From Sphingomonas sp. UBA1000 (GTDB lineage Bacteria; Pseudomonadota; Alphaproteobacteria; Sphingomonadales; Sphingomonadaceae), in NCBI GenBank assembly GCA_002291855.1, contig DBAW01000209.1:1-34409 (forward strand): a stretch of DNA of 34,409 bases, written 5' to 3'. Positions 7,727 to 14,638 of the stretch are shown here, piece after piece. The position numbers and the translations under genes are program-made. How positions within the stretch are numbered: the first letter of the stretch is position 1; every line of letters starts with the position of its first letter. The notes under the pieces were generated by a model. That model had not been told where the DNA came from, did not search any database, and worked only from the letters and a program-made list of their open reading frames with translations.

Positions 7727-8064
7727 TGCGGGCTAGGGAGATGTCCGGCGGTCGAGCCCTCCAGGCGAATATATTCATGGAAGTCGCAGCCGGGCGCGAG
7801 GCAGACGACGCTCGGTATGACCCGTCCGTCGCTGAGCACCTCATGATTCTTGAGGCTGACTGCATGCCCCCTCGCGCAGGTTAGGTCCGCTTTGAAGCGA
7901 GCCCGAGTAAAGGGATGGCAGGGCTTCCAGTGAAGCGGGGGTGCGCGACCGTCCAGGCCATAGCAGGCGATCGCGACCAGTGGAAAATGCTTACGTCGTG
8001 ACTGGCTTGCGGGCGCATGCCGACTCTTTCCAAACAACGACCAAAGCCAGCGCAGCAGTCTCAT
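7723..8064 (-). CDS. Small Cys/His-rich hypothetical protein (113 aa), putative zinc-binding
   Basis: RBS GAGGAG before ATG 8064; CARGH...HEVLSDGRVIPSVVCLAPGCDFH motif; stop overlaps the RES-gene stop convergently (CTAG). Confidence 0.65.
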   Translation of the reverse strand: MRLLRWLWSLFGKSRHAPASQSRRKHFPLVAIACYGLDGRAPPLHWKPCHPFTRARFKADLTCARGHAVSLKNHEVLSDGRVIPSVVCLAPGCDFHEYIRLEGSTAGHLPSPH

Positions 8065-8181
8065 GGTCCGCTCCTCTTGCCTCACAAATTAGATAGTTCT
8101 CCCGTTTAACTGAAGCGCAGGTTTTGAGGTGGCCCCCTAATTGACCTGACAGGGCCTCGCTCTTGGATAAGAGTGAGGCAT

Positions 8182-8583
8182 ATGACCGATCATACAACCA
8201 GGCGTTACCATGGTGGCGAGGTTCTCTCCGGGGTCCAGCGCCGGAGGCGCTGGACCCCGGACGAGAAAGTCCGGATGATCGAGGAGTCTTACATGCCAGG
8301 GATGAGCGTCTCGCTCGTCGCGCGCCGGCACGGCGTTGCCAGCAACCAGCTCTTCACCTGGCGCAGGCTGATGGCGCAGGGCGCACTCACTGCGGCCGGC
8401 GCTGGCGAGGAGGTCGTGCCTGCGTCCGAGTACCGCTCGCTCGAGGCACAGGTGCGTGAGCTGCAGCGGATGCTTGGCAAGAAGACCATGGAGAACGAGA
8501 TCCTCCGGGAGGCGATCTCCCGGGCCGCAGGCCCAAAAAAACTGCTGTTGCGCTCGACCTCGTTGCCCGAGGAAGACCGGTGA
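8182..8583 (+). CDS. IS2-like transposase OrfA
   Basis: RRRRWTPDEK..SVSLVARRHGVASNQLFTWR..ELQRMLGKKTMENEIL closely resembles IS2 OrfA; A7C slippery site at 8535-8542 for the -1 OrfAB frameshift. Confidence 0.92.
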   Translation: MTDHTTRRYHGGEVLSGVQRRRRWTPDEKVRMIEESYMPGMSVSLVARRHGVASNQLFTWRRLMAQGALTAAGAGEEVVPASEYRSLEAQVRELQRMLGKKTMENEILREAISRAAGPKKLLLRSTSLPEEDR

Positions 8584-9424
8584 GCGCCGTCGCCGACGCA
8601 CTCGGCGTCTCACGGTCGCATCTCTTGGCTGTGCGCAACCGATCCGCTCTGCGGCGACGCAGCAGGCCGCCTCTGCCAGATGGCGAACTGGTCGCCGAGA
8701 TCCGCGCGTTGATCTTCGACCTGCCGACCTACGGGTATCGCCGGGTCCATGCTCTGCTGCGGCGGCAGGCGGAGGTCCACGGGCGCAAAGCGCCTAACCC
8801 AAAGCGCGTCTATCGTGTGATGAAGGCGAACGGCCTGCTGCTGCAGCGCCACAGCGGGCGCGGCGAGGAGCGGCGCCACGAGGGGAAAATCGCGGTCGAC
8901 ACCCGCAACACGCGCTGGTGCTCCGACGGCCTCGAGATCGCCTGCGACAATGGTGAGAAGGTCCGCGTGCCTTTGCGCTCGACTGCTGCGATCGCGAGGC
9001 CATGGGCTATGTTGCAACCACGGCCGGTATCACCGCCGAAGATGTTCGAGACCTGATGGTCGCGACCATCGAGCGCCGGTTCGGCCAGGTGAACCGGCTG
9101 CCTGGCTCAATCGAATGGCTGACCGACAATGGCAGCTGCTACACCGCTCACGAGACAGGGCGCTTCGCGCGCCAGATCGGGCTCATCCCGCGCACCACGC
9201 CGGTCGAAAGCCCGCAGAGCAACGGCATGGCCGAAGCCTTCGTCCGGACGCTGAAGCGCGACTATGCACGCGTCAGCCCTCGGCCTGACGCCCAGGCCGT
9301 CATCAACCAGCTGCCGCGCTGGTTCGAGCACTATAACTCCGTGCATCCGCACAAAGTGCTCGGTTATAGATCCCCGCGCCAGTTTATCGACCGCAAAACC
9401 CGCGAGGCCCTGTCAGCCATTTAG
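8580..9424 (+). pseudogene. IS3-family OrfB DDE transposase broken by a 1-bp deletion near 8968
   Basis: TYGYRRV and RWCSD in the first frame; gtc cgc gt- gcc ttt gcg ctc gac tgc tgc gat cgc gag would restore VRVAFALDCCDRE; WLTDNGSCY and SNGMAEAF in the second frame. Confidence 0.85.
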
Positions 9425-9493
9425 GGGGCAACAACAGGTTTCAGTTCTTCCGACGGTGAGTCGAGAAGATGCTGGCGGGAGCTGGACTGCCAC

Positions 9494-10313
9494 TCAAGGG
9501 CCACGCTGTGAACCATGGGTGCGCTCGTGCAGAAGATTGCGATAACCGCCACGTGCCATCGTGTGCGCGTCGCGCACCAAGCGGCGCACGCGCGAGCGCA
9601 ACGAGTCCGAGCGCCCGCTCCAGTCGAGCAGGATTCGATCCTCGCCGAACAATGCGGCGCCGATCTCGCGCTGGCTGGCGCCAGCGGCGAGCGCGTCATG
9701 GACGCGCAACACCGTCAGCCAGCGCTCCACGCGTGGATCCCGCGGGAACAGCGAGCGGGCGAAGCGGCTGTGGCGGCACAGCTCGATGAAGCGCCGGAGC
9801 GGCAGGATCCTGGGCTCGGCCGAGGCGACGCCGAGCAGACGATAATGGAGCAGCACGGCTTCCTCGCGAGCGATGCTGCCTTCCTCGACATCGATCCGGA
9901 TGCGATGCCATCCGTCGGAAAGTACGGCATGCTCCCGACCGTCATCGTCGGTCGCGATCGCCAGCCACGGCGCGATATGCTCGGTGCGGATGCTATCGGG
10001 GTCCGCGGGGTTCGACGGGAGGGCGATGACGCGCAGCGTGCCAGGGTCGAGATCGGCATGCCAGATGATCCGGGCCTCGGGCGCTGCGCGGTCCGGATTC
10101 TCGGCGAAAGTGAAGCCCCCACTGGGCCGGCTCGAGCCCTGGAGAGGGGCCGCCGCGGGTTGCCCGGCTCGCCCGCGCATACCAGGCGATGTAATCGGGA
10201 TCGCGACGTAGCCACTCCCACATGAGGCCGGCGCGATCAATTCCGCGCAGGCGAGTATAGCGGCTGCCGTCGCGCCAGCGTTCGGCGCCCTCGTCTTGGC
10301 CATCCCCTATCAT
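9494..10313 (-). CDS. fseA: FseA-like transcriptional activator (DUF6499 plus DUF2285) encoded across a +1 programmed frameshift
   Basis: Upstream ORF (10313-9993) has MWEWLRRDPDY (AWEFLRRN-like) then QWGLHF; the +1 frame continues FAENPD...LRVHDALAAGASQREIGAALFG...W...SLRSRVRRLV...GGYRNLL (DUF2285). Confidence 0.85.
10104..10124 (-). promoter_or_regulatory. +1 programmed ribosomal frameshift site
   Basis: Minus strand reads CAG TGG GGG CTT CAC TTT CGC, matching the msi172-msi171 consensus SRV.TGG.GGN.NTN.NNN.TTT.CSY. Confidence 0.85.
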
Positions 10314-10573
10314 GCTTGCGCGGGCAACTCGGCGATGGCGCAATGGCTATTTGCCGGCACTGAGGGTGGGTCGGGCAAAGCTTGCCGCGGACTCAACCTT
10401 CTTCGATGCGCGCAACGTCTTCTTCGTACGAGTTTCACATGATAACGTGATGCAATCGCTAGAGTCGCCGGAAGACGGCGTGAGGCCCCGTCTTCCAGCC
10501 CGAGTACGAGGGAAAGGGCGGTCTCGGGATATGCGGTGGCTTGAGACGCCGCCTGGGACCGTGTTGCTGCCCG

Positions 10574-11326
10574 ATGGGCATGCACATGATGGCGCTGCCG
10601 TTCATCCGCATCGTCGAGGAAGTGAGGACCGTTGACGACCTGACCGCTGCGATGCGGGCGGTGACCGACGAGCTCGGCTTCCAATATTTCGCGCTGACCC
10701 ATCATGTCGATGTGCTCGCCGCCGAAGGCACGGCAATCCGGCTCCACAACTACCCTGATCGATGGGCCGACTATTACGACCGCAACGCGCTCGGCGTATC
10801 CGATCCGGTGCACCGCGCGAGCCACGTGACGAGTGTCGGCTTCTGCTGGTCGCGCATGTCTGACATGATCCCGCTCACCGCCGAGGACCGGCGCGTGCTG
10901 GCGATGGGCCGCGAGGAAGGCATTGGCGACGGCTTCACCGTTCCCGCCCATGTCCCCGGCGAGGCGCGCGGGTCCTGCTCGTTCGCGAGCGAGGCGGGCC
11001 GGCCGATCGTCGTCGACCTGCTCCCGATTGCACAGCTTGCCGGCACCTTCGCGTTCGAGGCCGCGCGCCGGCTCTGGTCCGATCGCGGGCATCTCTCCAA
11101 GCCGCCGCCGCCTGCGCTCACCGACCGGCAGCGCGACTGCCTCCTGTGGGCGGCGCGCGGCAAGACCGACTGGGAGATCAGCCGCATCCTGAGCGTGACC
11201 GAAGAGACGGTTGCGCGCCATATCAAGATGGCCTGCGCACGATACGGGGTAAGCAAGCGAACATTGCTGGCGATCCGGGCGCTGTTCGACGGAACGCTCA
11301 CTTTCACCGATGTCTTCCGCCGCTGA
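10574..11326 (+). CDS. luxR: LuxR-family AHL-responsive transcriptional regulator
   Basis: Autoinducer-binding residues NYPDRWADYY, DPV, FCW, G; C-terminal LTDRQRDCLLWAARGKTDWEISRILSVTEETV HTH. Start uncertain (ATGs from 10574 to 10589). Confidence 0.95.
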   Translation: MGMHMMALPFIRIVEEVRTVDDLTAAMRAVTDELGFQYFALTHHVDVLAAEGTAIRLHNYPDRWADYYDRNALGVSDPVHRASHVTSVGFCWSRMSDMIPLTAEDRRVLAMGREEGIGDGFTVPAHVPGEARGSCSFASEAGRPIVVDLLPIAQLAGTFAFEAARRLWSDRGHLSKPPPPALTDRQRDCLLWAARGKTDWEISRILSVTEETVARHIKMACARYGVSKRTLLAIRALFDGTLTFTDVFRR

Positions 11327-11346
11327 TATTACCCTTTTCGGGAATA
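11327..11346 (+). promoter_or_regulatory. Candidate lux box upstream of luxI
   Basis: 20-nt imperfect dyad TATTACCCTTTTCGGGAATA (12 of 20 positions symmetric), ending 57 nt before the luxI ATG. Confidence 0.4.
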
Positions 11347-11403
11347 GCGGACGCCGTCGTCCCGGCAGACCCTTGGCAGACCGACAGCCAAGGGAGGCCA
11401 GAC

Positions 11404-12021
11404 ATGCTTCACATCATGCAAACGGCCGCGCGCCCCACCCCGGACGGCGTGCTCCGCGCGATGTTCGCCGCGCGCAAATCCGTCTTCGTCGATCTGCTCA
11501 AATGGGATGTGCCGGTGATCGACGGCACCTATGAGGTCGACCAGTTCGACGACACCCACGCGACCTATCTGGTGCTCGCCGACGGTGACGGAAGCCATCT
11601 CGCCTCGGCGCGGCTGCTGCCCACCACGCGCCCACATATCCTTGACAGCTTCTATGGCGAACTGTGCGAGGAGGTGCCGCCGCAGGCCCCCGACGTTTTC
11701 GAGATCACCCGCTTCTGTCTCGATCGCGGCCTTTCGGCGCGCGAGCGTCGGGCGGCGCGCAACACACTGGTGACGGCGCTCGCCGAGCACGCGCTCGCCC
11801 ATGGAATCACCGCCTATACCGCGATCGCCGAAATGCCGTGGTTCCAGCAGATCCTCGCCTTCGGCTGGCGCTGCCGGCCGCTAGGCCTGCCGCAGGTGAT
11901 CGACGGCACAATGCTCGTCGCGCTCGGGATCGAGATCAACGCCGATACGCCGGCAAAGCTAGCCGCGGCCGGCATCGTGCCGTCGATCGACATCCGTGCC
12001 GCCGCGCGCGTGGCCGCCTGA
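11404..12021 (+). CDS. luxI: Acyl-homoserine-lactone synthase
   Basis: RKSVFVDLLKW, EVDQFDD, SARLLPT and FEITRFC signatures; RBS GGGAGG. Confidence 0.95.
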   Translation: MLHIMQTAARPTPDGVLRAMFAARKSVFVDLLKWDVPVIDGTYEVDQFDDTHATYLVLADGDGSHLASARLLPTTRPHILDSFYGELCEEVPPQAPDVFEITRFCLDRGLSARERRAARNTLVTALAEHALAHGITAYTAIAEMPWFQQILAFGWRCRPLGLPQVIDGTMLVALGIEINADTPAKLAAAGIVPSIDIRAAARVAA

Positions 12022-12034
12022 AGGGAGAGGCGCG

Positions 12035-12904
12035 ATGACCGAGACCATGATGCCCCTCCTTGAGGGCCACGCGATCGAACTCAACGAACGCGGCTATTGC
12101 ATTGTCCGTGGCGCGCTCCCGCCCGCGACGATCGCTGCGCTGGACCAGGACCTGGCCGAGGATTTCGCGCGCACGCCGTTCTGCGAGGGCGCCTTCTACG
12201 GTACCACGACCAAGCGGTTCGGACGGCTCCTGATCCGTTCGCAGCACGCCGCCGCCTTGGTCCGGCATGCGGCAATGCTCGCCGCCGTCGAGACGCTGCT
12301 CTCGCGCTGGTGCGACCGGATCCAGCTCAACGTCGCCCAGGCGATCGCCGTCCATCCCGGCGCGCCCGCGCAGATGCCGCACCGCGACCAGGACATGTGG
12401 CGCGCGCGCGCCGGCGAGGCCGAGTATCTGGTCAACGTGATCTGGCCGCTAACCCGCTTCACCGCCGCCAACGGCGCGACGATGGTCTGGCCGGACAGCC
12501 ACGGCGCGAACGCGCTCGTCCCAGAGCCTCGGACCGCGCCGGTCGCGGCCGAAATGGCGCCCGGAGACGCCCTCATGTTCCTCGGCTCCACCCTGCATGG
12601 CGCGGGCGCGAACCGCACCGGCGAAGTGCGCCGGGGCATCGTCGTCGGCTATTCGCTCGGCTGGCTCAAGCCCTACGAGAACCAGTGGCTTGCCTATCCG
12701 CCCGAGATCGCGCGCGGCTTTCCGCCGGAACTCGCAGCGCTGGTCGGCTACCGCCAGCATCGCCCCAACCTCGGCAACTATGAGGGACAGTGCCCGTCGG
12801 TACTGCTCGGAGAGCGCGTGGACCAGCCCCTGGCAGCGATCGACGCGCTGCGGCCTGACCAGGCGGCGATGGTCGATGCCTACCTTGCGAGCCAGGCGAC
12901 ATGA
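12035..12904 (+). CDS. phyH: Phytanoyl-CoA dioxygenase (PhyH) family Fe(II)/2-oxoglutarate oxygenase
   Basis: QMPHRD (HxD), NGAT, PGDALMFLGSTLHGAGAN...R facial-triad pattern; directly follows luxI. Confidence 0.9.
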   Translation: MTETMMPLLEGHAIELNERGYCIVRGALPPATIAALDQDLAEDFARTPFCEGAFYGTTTKRFGRLLIRSQHAAALVRHAAMLAAVETLLSRWCDRIQLNVAQAIAVHPGAPAQMPHRDQDMWRARAGEAEYLVNVIWPLTRFTAANGATMVWPDSHGANALVPEPRTAPVAAEMAPGDALMFLGSTLHGAGANRTGEVRRGIVVGYSLGWLKPYENQWLAYPPEIARGFPPELAALVGYRQHRPNLGNYEGQCPSVLLGERVDQPLAAIDALRPDQAAMVDAYLASQAT

Positions 12905-13521
12905 ACGCGGCCGGCCCGACCGCTGAGCGCGTCTATGAGGCCGTGAAGGCATGCATTCTGCGCGGTGCGTTTCGGCCGGGCGCACGGCTCGATCCGGCCG
13001 TGCTCGCCGACCGGCTCGGCAGCAGCGTGACGCCGGTACGAGCCGGCCTCAACATGCTCGTCGGCGAAGACCTGGTCGAGACCGGCACCGGCGAAGGCTT
13101 CCATATTCCGCTGATCGACGAGCCGGCACTCAAGGACCGCTATGCCTGGAACGCCGAGATCCTCGGGGTCGTGCTTCGCAGGCCAAGCGCCCAGGCCGCG
13201 GAGGTGCCGCTTGGCGGAGAAACCGGCAACCAGGCTGTCCGAGCAGCGACGCTGTTCGTCGGCATCGCGCGCTGGTCGCCGAACGTCGAGCACGCCCGGG
13301 CGATCGCGCGAATGAATGACCGGCTCCATGCCGCGCGCGTGGCGGAGTCCGCTGTGCTGGCCGAGGTCGATGCGGAGCTCGACGAGATCACAGCCGCGGC
13401 TGTGCGCCGCGACGGTACCGGGCTCCGGCCGCTGCTGGCGCGCTACCATCGGCGTCGTATCCGGTCGGCCGCGGCCATCCTGCGCCAGCTCTATCGGATG
13501 GAAGATTCTCCGGCCGAATAA
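12901..13521 (+). CDS. GntR-family transcriptional regulator
   Basis: VYEAVKACILRGAFRPGARL...LADRLGSSVTPVRAGL winged HTH; ATGA overlap with the phyH stop. Confidence 0.9.
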   Translation: MNAAGPTAERVYEAVKACILRGAFRPGARLDPAVLADRLGSSVTPVRAGLNMLVGEDLVETGTGEGFHIPLIDEPALKDRYAWNAEILGVVLRRPSAQAAEVPLGGETGNQAVRAATLFVGIARWSPNVEHARAIARMNDRLHAARVAESAVLAEVDAELDEITAAAVRRDGTGLRPLLARYHRRRIRSAAAILRQLYRMEDSPAE

Positions 13522-13615
13522 TCGAAGAATCAAAACCGTATTCAATTCGGATTGCCCATCGCCCTTCCTATCCTGCGCGCCGCTGCACGTCCGCAGCGAG
13601 AAGGAGAGTGGCATC

Positions 13616-13735
13616 ATGGCCTATGAAGACGATGTGATCGATCTCGGTGTCGCCAGCGAAGAGACGCTGGGCGGCGACGGCAAGCTGCCGGATCTCGTCC
13701 GTGAGATTCCGGACACCGGTCTCTCCGACGAGTGA
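13616..13735 (+). CDS. Lasso peptide precursor A1 (benenodin/astexin-like), 39 aa
   Basis: MAYEDDVIDLGVASEETL|GGDGKLPDLVREIPDTGLSDE: LGxAS leader, Thr(-2), Gly1, Asp8; RBS AAGGAG. Confidence 0.93.
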   Translation: MAYEDDVIDLGVASEETLGGDGKLPDLVREIPDTGLSDE

Positions 13736-13742
13736 CATGACA

Positions 13743-13772
13743 GACGCCGGCGTCCGCCCGGGCGTCGGCGTC
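13743..13772 (+). terminator. GC-rich hairpin after precursor A1 (mRNA-stabilising or attenuating)
   Basis: GACGCCGGCGTCC-gccc-GGGCGTCGGCGTC, a 13-bp stem with G-U pairs and no U tail. Confidence 0.55.
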
Positions 13773-13805
13773 GTGCCGCGCATCCGCAGAAGAAGGAATG
13801 GCGTT

Positions 13806-13925
13806 ATGACCTACGAAGATGACGTGATCGAACTCGGCGTGGCGAGCCAGGAGACTCTCGGTGGCGAGGGCCAGATGCCCGACTTCGTCCGGGAAATCCC
13901 GCAGACCGGCCTGTCCGACGATTGA
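13806..13925 (+). CDS. Lasso peptide precursor A2, 39 aa
   Basis: MTYEDDVIELGVASQETL|GGEGQMPDFVREIPQTGLSDD; paralogue of A1; RBS AAGGA. Confidence 0.93.
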   Translation: MTYEDDVIELGVASQETLGGEGQMPDFVREIPQTGLSDD

Positions 13926-13932
13926 TGCGAGC

Positions 13933-13964
13933 GATGCCGGCGTCCGACCGGGCGCCGGTACATC
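13933..13964 (+). terminator. GC-rich hairpin after precursor A2
   Basis: GATGCCGGCGTCC-gacc-GGGCGCCGGTACATC, homologous to the hairpin after A1. Confidence 0.55.
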
Positions 13965-13969
13965 CGGCC

Positions 13970-14638
13970 ATGGCCACCTACTGGCGCCTCAATGCGGATG
14001 TAACCGTCGCGGTCTCTGCCGGAAGAGCGGTGTTTCTCGACATCGCGCGTGACCGCTATGTCATGCTGCCGCCGCCGCTAAATGCGACCTTCATCGAATG
14101 GCTCGGCGGGCCGGCCGGACCGATGCCGCAGGCCTGCCTCACGGCCCTCGCGGCACGGCTGGGCTTCGAGGATGAACACCGGCGTCCGGCGCACCCGGTC
14201 TCGCTCGCCATCCCCTGCGATGTTCCTGGAACAATGCTTCCGCGCGCGCGGGCCGGCTTGGGCGAGGCGCTTGGCGTCGCCACGGCCGTCATCCGGGCCA
14301 GGCGCATGCTCCGCAAAATGCCGCTTCGCACCAATCTCGAACATCGCCGGTCGGCGCTTGAGCGTCCAGCGCGCAGGGCCGCCAACCGCCAGGCGACGGC
14401 CGCCAAAGCCGCCGTCTACCACGCCGTGCGGCATCTCGCCCCGGTGCGACGCGTCTGCCTGCTCGACTCGCTGGCGCTGGTCGACTGGCTCGGAGAGGAC
14501 CTCGAGGCGGTGCAACTGGTGTTCGGGGTTACGGCCTATCCGTTCGGCGCGCATTGCTGGGTTCAGACGCGACACGCGCTGCTCGGCGATCCGCCCGACA
14601 CGATCGGGCGCTATGCGCCGATCCTTCATCTCGGCTGA
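13970..14638 (+). CDS. Lasso peptide B protein (RRE plus transglutaminase-like leader peptidase)
   Basis: VFLDIARDRY (RRE-like), VCLLDSLAL, FGAHCWVQ and GD give a Cys-His-Asp triad. Start could instead be 13925 or 13934. Confidence 0.9.
   Translation: MATYWRLNADVTVAVSAGRAVFLDIARDRYVMLPPPLNATFIEWLGGPAGPMPQACLTALAARLGFEDEHRRPAHPVSLAIPCDVPGTMLPRARAGLGEALGVATAVIRARRMLRKMPLRTNLEHRRSALERPARRAANRQATAAKAAVYHAVRHLAPVRRVCLLDSLALVDWLGEDLEAVQLVFGVTAYPFGAHCWVQTRHALLGDPPDTIGRYAPILHLG

Larger units (their letters stand above)
8125..9436 (+). mobile_element. IS3-family (IS2 group) insertion sequence, 1312 bp
   Basis: IRL TGAGGTGGCCCCCTAATTGACCTGACAGGGCCTCGC versus IRR (reverse complement) TGTTGTTGCCCCCTAAATGGCTGACAGGGCCTCGC; 5-bp target duplication GGTTT at 8120-8124 and 9437-9441; orfA/orfB layout. 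Confidence 0.95.

Noticed and set aside
8535-8542. A7C run as an unusual recoding signal
   Set aside because: It is the standard IS3-family -1 frameshift site, not novel.
9494-10303. DUF2285 ORF starting at ATG 10303 as an independent 269-aa gene
   Set aside because: Its first ~65 codons look non-conserved, whereas the overlapping frame carries the WEWLRR motif and the frameshift consensus.
13316-13925. 139-aa and 92-aa ORFs in the track
   Set aside because: These are upstream extensions of the 39-aa lasso precursors, whose real starts (13616 and 13806) have RBSs.
13600-13970. 190-bp repeat as a CRISPR-like or non-coding repeat array
   Set aside because: There are only two units, both encode precursor peptides, and no cas genes or spacer pattern are present.
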